Part shown: in pieces, positions 39,876 to 50,577 of the stretch
Layout of the letters: each line of letters begins with the position of its first letter
Numbering within the stretch: the stretch's first letter is position 1
Source: Trypanosoma brucei
Taxonomy: Eukaryota
Assembly (NCBI GenBank): GCA_000002445.1
Contig: CP000067.1
Location: 1,152,001 to 1,216,000, forward strand
Direction: 5' to 3'
DNA: 64,000 bases
Position numbers and translations under genes: made by a program
The notes under the pieces: model-generated
What the model saw: the letters and a program-made list of their open reading frames with translations, nothing else
What the model was told of the DNA's origin: nothing
Databases searched by the model: none

Positions 39876-42800
39876 TCAACTATTTTTTCCATTGTCCCCG
39901 AGAGATGTGCCAAATAATGGTTCACGTGAATCAAATTTCTCCAAGGTGCCGTTAAACATATTAATATCTATTGTACTACAAGAGTATATCGAAAAGTCGA
40001 ATTTGTCAGTCGGTGACATACATAGGTATTCTTTTACTTCCATCGGTGTGTGAAAGCGAACGGAAGGTAGTGGATGCTGCCGTCCTAACTGGCTAACATC
40101 GCAAATGCTATGAGATAAAGCAAATGAACTTCTTTCCGTTGATAAAGCTGTACCTGTGCTATTACGTATAACGACATTCATAATTGGTCCAGCTCTTACT
40201 GCAATGTGATGCACAGCGAGCCGGAATGTTGCCTTATCCCACCTATTCTTCACACTTTTAGGTGGAGGGACACGCCAGCGTTCACAAATAGATGTGAGCA
40301 TCCTCTGTCGCTGGGTAGCAGGGAGTGTGCCAAGTACAGTCTCAAGGGACTGTGCAACATGCAACGAGGAACCACATAACTCATGTGTAGAAGAGCAGAT
40401 ATCGCTTACATCAGTAAATATTCCTTCACTTTCTTCATTTTCCTCATCCTCAACGTCACGGTCAAGGCGCAGAGCAGCAAAGGTACGGCCAGGTACAGCA
40501 TTCAACTGGTACATTTCCACAGGCTTCGGCACACCACGTAGCGGCACATCACCCAAAGGCGTTACATTAATTTGCTCACGCTCTTTACCACTCAGTGACA
40601 GGTATGTTGAGCGCGTCATCAGCACCTGACCACCGTTACCAACACTCTCCGTGCGTGCTGCCATGTTGGATGTGCGTCCATAATAGTCGTAACCTTTCGT
40701 TACTTCATCATGACGAATATCACACAATCCAGTATGAATCCCCACACGTACACGCAACCCATTCCACAGTTGCCGATAAACCTCAGGGTCCAGGCTCGCA
40801 GTTGGTGGTGTGTAATCACTGTCATCTTCCGCACGCTTTCGTTCGAATTCACGGTAAGACTCATCAAGCTCAGTGGTCTTCCAGTCATGGTTTAGAAAAT
40901 CACGTTGCAAGTCACATGCGAGTTGTGCAGCAGCGAAGGGACTTTTACACGCAATCATAAAAGAGTCTCCAACAGTTTTCACTTCGTAGCACTCATACCG
41001 TGTGATGAGGGAGCGGATCAAACGGTGATGTGTTGCCACAAGGTCAGGCATTTGCTCAGGGTGTGCTGCCCACTGCGCTGTACTGCTCTCGATATCAGTG
41101 AATATTAATGTTACGGGGTCTGTTGGTTCCTTGGGAGCATTATTATTGTCACGGGCGTTCCGGCGTGATGATCTTATGACAAGTAACAGAACCGTAACAA
41201 ACAGTGCCAATACAACAACGCAGCTGACTGCAATAGCAGCAATGTGTCCTCTCTTAAGTCGAAACCATTTAGCGTAACCATCCATCATCAATGGTGTGAC
41301 GTGAGTCACCACAGGAGACACGGAAGGATTCAGAACACGTGACATCGACCATACAGAAATATGCGTCGCACCATAGTTCACAGCACAGTGTTTCTCTTCA
41401 AATGAAGCTCCGTTAGTACACTTGTCATCAAAAGGACCATATCGCATATCATCAACTGTAATGACAGATTGGCTGAAGATGGCGTCTACAAGGTCCTCCG
41501 GCGTTACATGTCCCATACGTTGCAGGACATTTATCATTGCACGTGCGGTGACATATCCAAGTAATGACAATGGCTTCCACTTCGACTCATTCTGTACAAC
41601 TCTGTGGAACTCACGTACCAAATCGGATTCCGTGTTCTTATCTCCCCAATGTGGCAGATTCGTTGCGAATAGCAGACGGTCAGCAAATGGCTTGTCACGG
41701 AAGGCACTCACAAGTTCATCATAGAGTAACGCAACATCAAAGAACGGGACAAAGATACGCACATTATGGTGTTTGCCAAGGTGAGAGAGGATTATGGGGA
41801 TATCATCTGAGATGAGACCTGCAACTAATACCTCACCTGCAGTCGGTAGCTTGTCTCTCAAAGTAGAACCTTCACCACTCGCAACAAAGGAGCTTAATGA
41901 CGATTCAAAGAAGTCAAGTGTTTTGTTCAGCATCTCTCCAATATCTTTCGTATCACCACTACGCACAATGGCATGCATCTTTCCAGCACCATTTTGTATG
42001 ATATGCTCAACTATCACGAATAGTTGTTGCTCAAGTGTTGGTGACAGGTGGATCACATTCCTTCTGGGGTTACTCAGTTGTGGTGTGAGTGTTATGGGAT
42101 CGATGAATGCCATACCCTTCGTCGACAGTAACGAATCATCCACAACACCAAACACAGCAGTTACAACTCGCTTCTCCACTTCATCATACAGAGCTGTAGA
42201 AGTATCATGAGATTTCGAGGATAGCCAGTGTAAAAAGAATCTATCAGAGTGACCAAGTTGACCCTTTCCAACAACATAAAAGGCACCATCGTATATTGCC
42301 TCTGCAGTACGCAGTGCCTTTGGGTCATCAGTTAGTTTAAACATGATGCCACTCAATGGGGCGTACAGCTGTGACAGGTCTCTATAGCAGCGAGATGAAG
42401 TAAGAGCTAATACACCTTCCTTCATAGGGTACAGACGATGATCCTCTTCCATCTTCTTCATGTACACCACATTCCCACCCTGATTACATAAACATGATGC
42501 ACCCCGCTCACCCGCCATACCACGGCACTCACCACCAAAGTCACCAACAACAATATCATCAATTACATAACGACGTTGATTGTAAAGTGATGTAATAAAT
42601 GCATCCCTGCTAGTTAGCCATTCGCGACAACTCAGTGCCTGTTTCAATACCTCTCCAGCAATCCATCCACTCACCATCAGCTCACCTTCAGTGTCTTGCT
42701 CGGTGAAGTTGTTTTCGTTAGCATTTAGGGTAACATTCCAATTATCTTTCGAAAAATTATTTCCGTTTACCTTTAGGAAGTTAGCTAGTTCACCCCTAAA

Positions 42801-43742
42801 ACGTTTGATTGCATCATAGCCATCATCCTTCGCAAGTGGATTAGTCCCAGTTATTATTATCTTACCAGGCACAAACCTGTCTCTACCCAATTCTTCTGAC
42901 CACTTGTTCTTGATGACATATTGGAGTGTAGAGGGTATGAGCAAATATCCACCTTTTGTCCTTTCATCTTCTAATGATTTAATTAGGAATTTCTTCGTAT
43001 CAGGGATTGGAGAGCCAAATACAATCACACCCTGAGGTCGAGTATTTGCAAACTTATTCCACTCCGCACTGAAGCTACTGTCATCCGATTCCTTTTCAAT
43101 TTGACTCTTCAATGCAAAAACACCGCACAGTTTGCGATCCATCCGTGTTGTCAATTCCACAGCAAGCTTATATTCATCATCACCATAAGAGACATCTTTC
43201 AAGTACATGAAACCCAGCCGATGTAACCGTAACTGAGTGATAGCATAACGGAGAAGAGCAAGCATCTCAGCAGCGGGTGATGCTGTCAGGAAGTACAGAT
43301 TAGGATTCCAACTGCGTACTTTACTGGATCCTGTGAAGGGTGAGAAACTAGTCACATTCTTTTCTTTGAAATATTTCAAGAGACCTAGAGTATTTTGGTC
43401 ACCCACAGGTCCCAGTATAATAGATATTTTATTGTTTTCGCCAAATGATGTTTCGTTATTCAGAAAGTCAGCATATTTAGAATCATCCATGGGGGGAACA
43501 TATACCACTTCCACATTAGCACCTGACGGCGGGTTTCCGTTGGTAATGGATGCGTTGAAGCCTGCAATAATAGGATCATATATCTTTGCTGAAATCTTGT
43601 TACTGTATAACATGTTGTATACCTTCACCTGTATTTTATCATTTGCAAGTGATGATGCAGTCAGCACCTGTAGTAACAGAGAAAACACTACGTAAGTGAC
43701 TGCGCCATCCCTAACATACAATTCACGCATGAAGGTAACCAT
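39876..43742 (-). CDS. GRESAG4: receptor-type adenylate cyclase GRESAG4-like, array copy 6, 1288 aa, with an alternative, longer C-terminal tail
   Basis: It is identical in plan to copies 1-5 through the cyclase domain. After ...ALRLDR (nt about 40455) it diverges into a tail of about 195 aa: DVEDEENEESEGIFTDVSDICSSTHELCGSS...LGTLPATQRQRMLTSICERWRVPPPKSVKNRW...FGTSLGDNGKNS. This tail is only about 50% identical to the standard tail, and the stop lies about 560 bp closer to the next gene. Confidence 0.93.
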   Translation of the reverse strand: MVTFMRELYVRDGAVTYVVFSLLLQVLTASSLANDKIQVKVYNMLYSNKISAKIYDPIIAGFNASITNGNPPSGANVEVVYVPPMDDSKYADFLNNETSFGENNKISIILGPVGDQNTLGLLKYFKEKNVTSFSPFTGSSKVRSWNPNLYFLTASPAAEMLALLRYAITQLRLHRLGFMYLKDVSYGDDEYKLAVELTTRMDRKLCGVFALKSQIEKESDDSSFSAEWNKFANTRPQGVIVFGSPIPDTKKFLIKSLEDERTKGGYLLIPSTLQYVIKNKWSEELGRDRFVPGKIIITGTNPLAKDDGYDAIKRFRGELANFLKVNGNNFSKDNWNVTLNANENNFTEQDTEGELMVSGWIAGEVLKQALSCREWLTSRDAFITSLYNQRRYVIDDIVVGDFGGECRGMAGERGASCLCNQGGNVVYMKKMEEDHRLYPMKEGVLALTSSRCYRDLSQLYAPLSGIMFKLTDDPKALRTAEAIYDGAFYVVGKGQLGHSDRFFLHWLSSKSHDTSTALYDEVEKRVVTAVFGVVDDSLLSTKGMAFIDPITLTPQLSNPRRNVIHLSPTLEQQLFVIVEHIIQNGAGKMHAIVRSGDTKDIGEMLNKTLDFFESSLSSFVASGEGSTLRDKLPTAGEVLVAGLISDDIPIILSHLGKHHNVRIFVPFFDVALLYDELVSAFRDKPFADRLLFATNLPHWGDKNTESDLVREFHRVVQNESKWKPLSLLGYVTARAMINVLQRMGHVTPEDLVDAIFSQSVITVDDMRYGPFDDKCTNGASFEEKHCAVNYGATHISVWSMSRVLNPSVSPVVTHVTPLMMDGYAKWFRLKRGHIAAIAVSCVVVLALFVTVLLLVIRSSRRNARDNNNAPKEPTDPVTLIFTDIESSTAQWAAHPEQMPDLVATHHRLIRSLITRYECYEVKTVGDSFMIACKSPFAAAQLACDLQRDFLNHDWKTTELDESYREFERKRAEDDSDYTPPTASLDPEVYRQLWNGLRVRVGIHTGLCDIRHDEVTKGYDYYGRTSNMAARTESVGNGGQVLMTRSTYLSLSGKEREQINVTPLGDVPLRGVPKPVEMYQLNAVPGRTFAALRLDRDVEDEENEESEGIFTDVSDICSSTHELCGSSLHVAQSLETVLGTLPATQRQRMLTSICERWRVPPPKSVKNRWDKATFRLAVHHIAVRAGPIMNVVIRNSTGTALSTERSSFALSHSICDVSQLGRQHPLPSVRFHTPMEVKEYLCMSPTDKFDFSIYSCSTIDINMFNGTLEKFDSREPLFGTSLGDNGKNS

Positions 43743-44300
43743 GATACTGGTAACTCAACGTAATCCAACGTGAAAACTACAAGACAAAAAGGGAATAATA
43801 ACAAAGTATTGGTACAGGATTAAGAGACTGCATATGTACAGATATGTTGGATTGTGACACAATAAGAGTCCATATGATAATTGTATATAAGAGTGTAGGA
43901 AAGGGAACTATTATAATGGATAGCGTTATATAAACCATAACAGTGAGAAAGTAATTCAACACACATTTCCCTATACACACATCATTCATGTATCCGATAC
44001 AAAAACATAAAACATCACTAGGCACAAGAGTAAATGTGTAAATAGAGCATTATAATATCATAGACTGGATGCCAGTAACAAAAACAAAGCACACTAGCAG
44101 TCACAGTTAACATTCAACTGGCAACAGCATGGGAGACATTGTTCAGTTTCATATTCCTTGGTTGTCTAAAGGTAAAAGAGAAAGAATGGGTGTGAGGGAA
44201 TATGAGGAAAGTTACAATAAGCATATGGAAACATGCAGGAAGCGATGCACAGGTATTAGATGTTGCTAGTATTTGTCTCCAACAATATGATGTCGATATT

Positions 44301-47300
44301 TCAACTATTTTTTCCATTGTCCCCGAGAGATGTGCCAAATAATGGTTCACGTGAATCAAATTTCTCCAAGGTGCCGTTAAACATATTAATATCTATTGTA
44401 CTACAAGAGTATATCGAAAAGTCGAATTTGTCAGTCGGTGACATACATAGGTATTCTGTTACTTCCATCGGTGCTTCAATTCGAACGGAAGGTAGTGGAT
44501 GCTGCCGTCCTAACTGGCTAACATCGCAAATGCTATGAGATGGAGGACACGGCTTTCTTTCCGCGCATACTGCTGCAGCTGCGGCATTGCGTATATTGAC
44601 ACTCATTACCGGCCCAGCTCTTACTGCAATATGACGTATAACGAGCCGGAATGTTGCTTTATCCCACCTATTCTTCACACTTTTAGGTGGAGGGACACGC
44701 CAGCGTTCACAAATAGATGTGAGCATCCTCTGTCGCTGGGTAGCAGGGAGAGTACTAAAAACAGTGTCAAGGGACTGTGCAACATGCAACGAGGAACCAC
44801 ATAACTCATGTGTAGAAGAGCAAATATCGCTTACATCAGTAAATATTCCTTCACTTTCTTTGCCTTCCTCCTCAGCTTCACGGTCAAGGCGCAGAGCAGC
44901 AAAGGTACGGCCAGGTACAGCATTCAACTGGTACATTTCCACAGGCTTCGGCACACCACGTAGCGGCACATCACCCAAAGGCGTTACATTAATTTGCTCA
45001 CGTTCCAAAGTACTTAGTGCATGATACGCCGCAAGGGTCATCAGCACCTGACCACCGTTACCAACACTCTCCGTGCGTGCTGCCATGTTGGATGTGCGTC
45101 CATAATAGTCGTAACCTTTCGTTACTTCATCATGACGAATATCACACAATCCAGTATGAATCCCCACACGTACACGCAACCCATTCCACAGTTGCCGATA
45201 AACCTCAGGGTCCAGGCTCGCAGTTGGTGGTGTGTAATCACTGTCATCTTCCGCACGCTTTCGTTCGAATTCACGGTAAGACTCATCAAGCTCAGTGGTC
45301 TTCCAGTCATGGTTTAGAAAATCACGTTGCAAGTCACATGCGAGTTGTGCAGCAGCGAAGGGACTTTTACACGCAATCATAAAAGAGTCTCCAACAGTTT
45401 TCACTTCGTAGCACTCATACCGTGTGATGAGGGAGCGGATCAAACGGTGATGTGTTGCCACAAGGTCAGGCATTTGCTCAGGGTGTGCTGCCCACTGCGC
45501 TGTACTGCTCTCGATGTCAGTGAATATTAATGTTACGGGGTCTGTTGGTTCCTTGGGAGCATTATTATTGTCACGGGCGTTCCGGCGTGATGATCTTATG
45601 ACAAGTACCAGAACCGTAACAAACAGTGCCAATACAACAGCGCAGCTGACTGCAATAGCAGCAATGTGTCCCGTCTTCATTGTGGGTCCGCTGTTTTCAT
45701 TTTTTAACATTGCAGGAGTGACCTGAGTCACCACAAGAGACACGGAAGGATTCAGAACACGTGACATCGACCATACAGAAATATGCGTCGCACCATAGTT
45801 CACAGCACAGTGTTTCTCTTCAAATGAAGCTCCGTTAGTACACTTGTCATCAAAAGGACCATATCGCATATCATCAACTGTAATGACAGATTGGCTGAAG
45901 ATGGCGTCTACAAGCTCCTCCGGTGTTACATGTCCCATACGTTGCAGGACATTTATCATTGCACGTGCGGTGACATATCCAAGTAATGACAATGGCTTCC
46001 ACTTCGACTCATTCTGTACAACTCTGTGGAACTCACGTACCAAATCGGATTCCGTGTTCTTATCTCCCCAATGTGGCAGATTCGTTGCGAATAGCAGACG
46101 GTCAGCAAATGGCTTGTCACGGAAGGCACTCACAAGTTCATCATAGAGTAACGCAACATCAAAGAACGGGACAAAGATACGCACATTATGGTGTTTGCCA
46201 AGGTGAGAGAGGATTATGGGGATATCATCTGAGATGAGACCTGCAACCAACACCTCACCTGCAGTCGGTAGCTTGTCTCTCAAAGTAGAACCTTCACCAC
46301 TCGCAACAAAGGAGCTTAATGACGCGTTAAAGATATCAAGCGTTTTTTGCAACACTTTCCTAACTCCTCTCGTATCACCACTACGCACAATGGCATGCAT
46401 CTTTCCTGTACCATTTTGTATGATATGCTCAACTATCACGAATAGTTGTTGCTCAAGTGTTGGTGACAGGTGGATCACATTCCTTCTGGGGTTACTCAGT
46501 TGTGGTGTGAGTGTTATAGGATCGATGAATGCCATACCCTTCGTCGACAGTAACGAATCATCCACAACACCAAACACAGCAGTTACAACTCGCTTCTCCA
46601 CTTCATCATACAGAGCTGTGGAAGTATCATGAGATTTCGAGGATAGCCAGTGTAAAAAGAATCTATCAGAGTGACCAAGTTGACCCTTTCCAACAACATA
46701 AAAGGCACCATCGTATATTGCCTCTGCAGTACGCAGTGCCTTTGGGTCATCAGTTAGTTTAAACATGATGCCACTCAATGGGGCGTACAGCTGTGACAGG
46801 TCTCGATAACAGCGAGATGAAGTAAGAGTTAATACACCTTCCTTCATAGGATGTAGACGGAGATCCTTTCCCATCTTCTTCATGTACACCACATTCCCAC
46901 CCTGATTGCATAAACATGATGCACCCCGCTCACCCGCCATACCACGGCACTCACCACCAAAGTCACCAACAACAATATCATCAATTACATAACGACGTTG
47001 ATTGTAAAGTGATGTAATAAATGCATCCCTGCTAGTTAGCCATTCGGTGTATGTGACCGTCTGTTTCAATACCTCTCCAGCAATCCATCCACTCACCATC
47101 AGCTCAGCTTCAGTGTCTTGCTCGGTGAAGTTGCTTTCGTCAACATTTAAGTTAACATTCCAATGTCCGGTGCCACTCAGAATATCTTTCTTTTCCTTCA
47201 GGTACTTTGCCATATCACCCCTAAAACGTTTGATTGCATCATAGCCATCATCCTTCGCAAGTGGATTAGTCCCAGTTATTATTATCTTATCAGGCACAAA

Positions 47301-48116
47301 CCTGTCTCTACCCAATTCCTTTGCCCACTTGTTCTTGATGACATATTGGAGTGTAGAGGGTATGAGCAAATATCCGCCTCTCGTCCTGCGGTCATCTAAT
47401 GATTTCATTAGAAATCTTTTCGTATCAGGGATTGGAGAGCCAAATACAATCACACCCTGAGGTCGAGTATTTGCAAACTTATTCCACTCTGCACTGAAGC
47501 TACTGTCATCCGATTCCTTACCAATTTGACTCTTCAATGCAAAAACACCACAGAATTTGCGATCCATCCGTGTTGTCAATTCCACAGCAAGCTCATATTC
47601 ATCATCACCATAAGAAACATCTTTCAAGTACATGAAACCCAGCCGATGTAACCGTAACTGAGTGATAGCATAACGGAGAAGAGCAAGCATCTCAGCAGCG
47701 GGTGATGCTGTCAGGAAGTACAGATTAGGATTCCAACTGCGTACTTTACTGGATCCTGTGAAGGGTGAGAAACTAGTCACATTCTTTTCTTTGAAATATT
47801 TCAAGAGACCTAGAGTGTTTTTATCACCCACAGGTCCCAGTATAACAGGGAGTTCCTCACCATCATGGGTTGTCATGTGTTTCTCGAGATAGTCAGCATA
47901 TTTAGAATCATCCATGGGTGGAACATATACCACTTTCACATTAGCACCTAAATGGGACCTTCCGTTGGTAATGGATGCGTTGAAGCCTGCAGTAATAGGA
48001 TCATATATCTTTGCTGAAATCTTGTTACTGTATAACATGTTGTATATATTTACATTAATCTGTGCTGCTGATGCTGTTGTGTGGAAGAGTAATGGCAGTA
48101 GAAGTAATTTAAGCAT
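44301..48116 (-). CDS. GRESAG4: receptor-type adenylate cyclase GRESAG4-like, array copy 7 (first in transcription order), 1271 aa, with a distinct signal peptide and the alternative C-terminal tail
   Basis: The N-terminus is MLKLLLLPLLFHTTASAAQINVNIYNMLYSNKISAKIYDPI..., a different signal peptide that joins the family frame at NMLYSNKISAKIYDP. The sequence upstream of 48060 is unique. The C-terminal tail is the same type as copy 6, diverging after LRLDREAEEEGKESEGIFTDVSD at about 44865. The cyclase motifs are intact, but there is a unique patch VLMTLAAYHALSTLEREQINV. Confidence 0.92.
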   Translation of the reverse strand: MLKLLLLPLLFHTTASAAQINVNIYNMLYSNKISAKIYDPITAGFNASITNGRSHLGANVKVVYVPPMDDSKYADYLEKHMTTHDGEELPVILGPVGDKNTLGLLKYFKEKNVTSFSPFTGSSKVRSWNPNLYFLTASPAAEMLALLRYAITQLRLHRLGFMYLKDVSYGDDEYELAVELTTRMDRKFCGVFALKSQIGKESDDSSFSAEWNKFANTRPQGVIVFGSPIPDTKRFLMKSLDDRRTRGGYLLIPSTLQYVIKNKWAKELGRDRFVPDKIIITGTNPLAKDDGYDAIKRFRGDMAKYLKEKKDILSGTGHWNVNLNVDESNFTEQDTEAELMVSGWIAGEVLKQTVTYTEWLTSRDAFITSLYNQRRYVIDDIVVGDFGGECRGMAGERGASCLCNQGGNVVYMKKMGKDLRLHPMKEGVLTLTSSRCYRDLSQLYAPLSGIMFKLTDDPKALRTAEAIYDGAFYVVGKGQLGHSDRFFLHWLSSKSHDTSTALYDEVEKRVVTAVFGVVDDSLLSTKGMAFIDPITLTPQLSNPRRNVIHLSPTLEQQLFVIVEHIIQNGTGKMHAIVRSGDTRGVRKVLQKTLDIFNASLSSFVASGEGSTLRDKLPTAGEVLVAGLISDDIPIILSHLGKHHNVRIFVPFFDVALLYDELVSAFRDKPFADRLLFATNLPHWGDKNTESDLVREFHRVVQNESKWKPLSLLGYVTARAMINVLQRMGHVTPEELVDAIFSQSVITVDDMRYGPFDDKCTNGASFEEKHCAVNYGATHISVWSMSRVLNPSVSLVVTQVTPAMLKNENSGPTMKTGHIAAIAVSCAVVLALFVTVLVLVIRSSRRNARDNNNAPKEPTDPVTLIFTDIESSTAQWAAHPEQMPDLVATHHRLIRSLITRYECYEVKTVGDSFMIACKSPFAAAQLACDLQRDFLNHDWKTTELDESYREFERKRAEDDSDYTPPTASLDPEVYRQLWNGLRVRVGIHTGLCDIRHDEVTKGYDYYGRTSNMAARTESVGNGGQVLMTLAAYHALSTLEREQINVTPLGDVPLRGVPKPVEMYQLNAVPGRTFAALRLDREAEEEGKESEGIFTDVSDICSSTHELCGSSLHVAQSLDTVFSTLPATQRQRMLTSICERWRVPPPKSVKNRWDKATFRLVIRHIAVRAGPVMSVNIRNAAAAAVCAERKPCPPSHSICDVSQLGRQHPLPSVRIEAPMEVTEYLCMSPTDKFDFSIYSCSTIDINMFNGTLEKFDSREPLFGTSLGDNGKNS

Positions 48117-50555
48117 TCTTCCGCCTTTGCTGCCTATCTTATTCGTTGGGAACCTTTTGTTTTCTATCTTTTTTTAATTTTTTTGTGAGGGATGAGTGGT
48201 AGAGTTAGTAGTGTAGACGATAGAAAGAAGAAAAAGAGCGCTTGTAAAATTAGTGATGTGTCCGTGTTGTTTTGTTGTGCAATTGGGGATTGCTCATTAC
48301 TGTTATCTTATTTTGTTATTTGTAGTGGTTTCTTGTTTTGTTGCGTGTTAATTGAGTAAATCTGTTTTTTTTTTTTAAAACGGCGTCAAGCGTGATGCTA
48401 TATTTGCTCTGTGTTGTTATGAAATTTATGCCGACTCATGGCCTCAGACGTTTTTGGATACTTTGTGTACCGTCTGTGTCTGGTCATATTTTTCGATTTC
48501 TTGTTTTTTTTTTTATCCGACTGTACATTTTACCTTTCTCCTGTTATATTATCATATATCTTTTTCCATCACGAATATTATGTTGGTAATATAGTATGCG
48601 CTACGATGGGGCGCGCCCAAAGACTTGTGTGATGTGTCTGTTTACGTCCATGTCTGTAGCTGTTTATTTGTGGGAGTTTAATTTGTTTTTCACCTGGTAA
48701 GACGCCCTTTCGTGTGCAAAATAGGGGACACTTAGTGACGAACCTCTTCTATTTGGTATTATTGGTAATACCTCATCAAATAATTGCATTGCATTGCGTT
48801 ATTCCTGGTTCTGTAGTTGGTCAGACATGTGGCAATGAGTTGCCCCATCACATGTATCGTGATTTATGAGTATCACATATACATCATCTTAGGTAAAAAT
48901 ACCGCTCATACAGGACCATACATCGATATATGGGGAGGGAGTTTCTTTATGTTGAAGGTCACGACGATATTAATAAAACATTACCTCATACGTTGCACGT
49001 GAGGTGGCACCAACTCCTCCCACAGAAGTTGTCATGTTGCTATTCCGCCTTGAAGTTTAAAGTTCAGTGCATGTAGAATCGGGAAACAAATAGTGACAGC
49101 TTCCAGTTCTCAGCATACATTCGGCACCGCTCGTAGATGGAGGGGGCGGGTGGCACAGTACTCACGTTTTGTCGTTTTATCGTCTATTTTTTTATTTTAG
49201 TCTGTTTTTTTTTCTTTTCTCTGAGCCGTGCTTTTTTGCGAACAAAAAAAGGGGGAAACCTGCGTGCAGGGGTGATCAATAAGCTCAAATAAATCCCAGC
49301 ACTTGCCATTATATCATGAGTCAACGCTAAAATGAATACGAATGCAAACTAATGAAAGCGAGTGGGGATGAAAAAGACGTTTGATGAGCCGTGCGTGATC
49401 TGAAATCCATCAGAGTTGCCAATTTTATTTTTATTTTTTTACTTTTATTTTCCAACACTTACACCGCCAGGGCGTCCACAACCCTTTCCTTTCATTTGCA
49501 TCTGTCTTATAACCGTTTCTTCCTCTTCCTCTTTCTCTCCCTCTTCTCACGTTACACTGCTACTCGCTTTACTAATCCGCTCCTATTCTGGATGCCTCTC
49601 CATTGTAAAAGGGGATCCCATTAATTCTGCAGGTTATAATATCAACAATGTTTCTCCATGAATAATCTTATGTTTTTGCGACATGAAACTTCTTAACTCC
49701 ACGGAGTAACTTCGACTTAATAACGCAACAACTGCATCTTCTTTCTATTCCTTCATGCAGCCTTTTGTGTGAAAATAGGGAAGACACAACAAACTGAGGA
49801 AGAAAGGCAACAACAGTGTGACAAATAGAGAGTTTCAGAGGAGGGGAAAAGAAAAAGAATTCATCACAGAGTGAAGTGTGAGCCCAATACGAATACAAAC
49901 ACACATGCAGTGGGGAAGGGGGGGGGGAAGAGAAAATATGTACAATCACATGATATTACCAGAGTGTATTTTCTTATTATTATTATTATTCTTCCCTTTA
50001 CTTGGCCGTTTATCCGCTAGTCACGAAGTAACAGGAACGTCCCACCTGTGTCCCTCTTTTCCCCCGTCAGTACATCTTTTTTCTTACTTTCTTTTTATGC
50101 CCTAACCAAACCTGTTGACAAAACTGGATAAAAAAAAAAGAAAAGTTGAAAGGCGTGACCGTGAACAATAGAGAAGTAAAGGAAAAAATGAAAATTAAAC
50201 CCACAAAAAGAAAATAAAGTAAAATACGACAACAAACAACTAAGCATGGACGGTAGTAACACCATGGGAAGGGAGCGTTGGAGGACCTCAGTGGTGGTAG
50301 TAATACTCAGCTGAGTCCCAGAATATGCTTACGCCTGCGTGCCCGGGTATGTGCACCCAACACTAAAGTATAAGGAAGGAAAACGAAGAAAAAGAAAAAA
50401 AATCGAAAAGGCGCAGTGTTGTGGAAACAAAAACAAAAAAAAAAGAAAAGGAACGCATTTGCACACGTGAATATCCGCACATATGCACGCATGCACCACG
50501 CGAACCCCACTACGCACGACATTATGGATGAATGGGAAATGTTGTAAGTGCCAAC

Positions 50556-50577
50556 ATATATATATATATATATATAT
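50556..50577. repeat. (AT)n microsatellite
   Basis: atatatatatatatatatatat. Confidence 0.9.

Larger units (their letters stand above)
15290..48200 (-). repeat. tandem gene array: seven units of about 4.85 kb (about 3.73-kb cyclase gene plus about 1.12-kb spacer); the last two spacers are shortened to 559 bp
   Basis: Minus-strand start codons recur at 19908, 24752, 29603, 34466, 39317, 43742 and 48116, giving periods of 4844, 4851, 4863, 4851, 4425 and 4374 bp. The spacer sequence (for example 19909-21024) is near-identical between units, and a copy is also present below copy 1 (15290-16173). Unique sequence resumes above 48117 and below 15290. Confidence 0.95.

Noticed and set aside
15290-48200. 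Regular repeat-and-spacer periodicity superficially reminiscent of a CRISPR-like array, or alternatively a tandemly integrated mobile element
   Set aside because: The units are 4.4-4.9 kb, protein-coding and eukaryotic (trans-splicing signals, no Shine-Dalgarno sequences, no short direct repeats). No transposase, integrase, reverse-transcriptase or terminal-repeat features were seen. It is a paralogous gene array.
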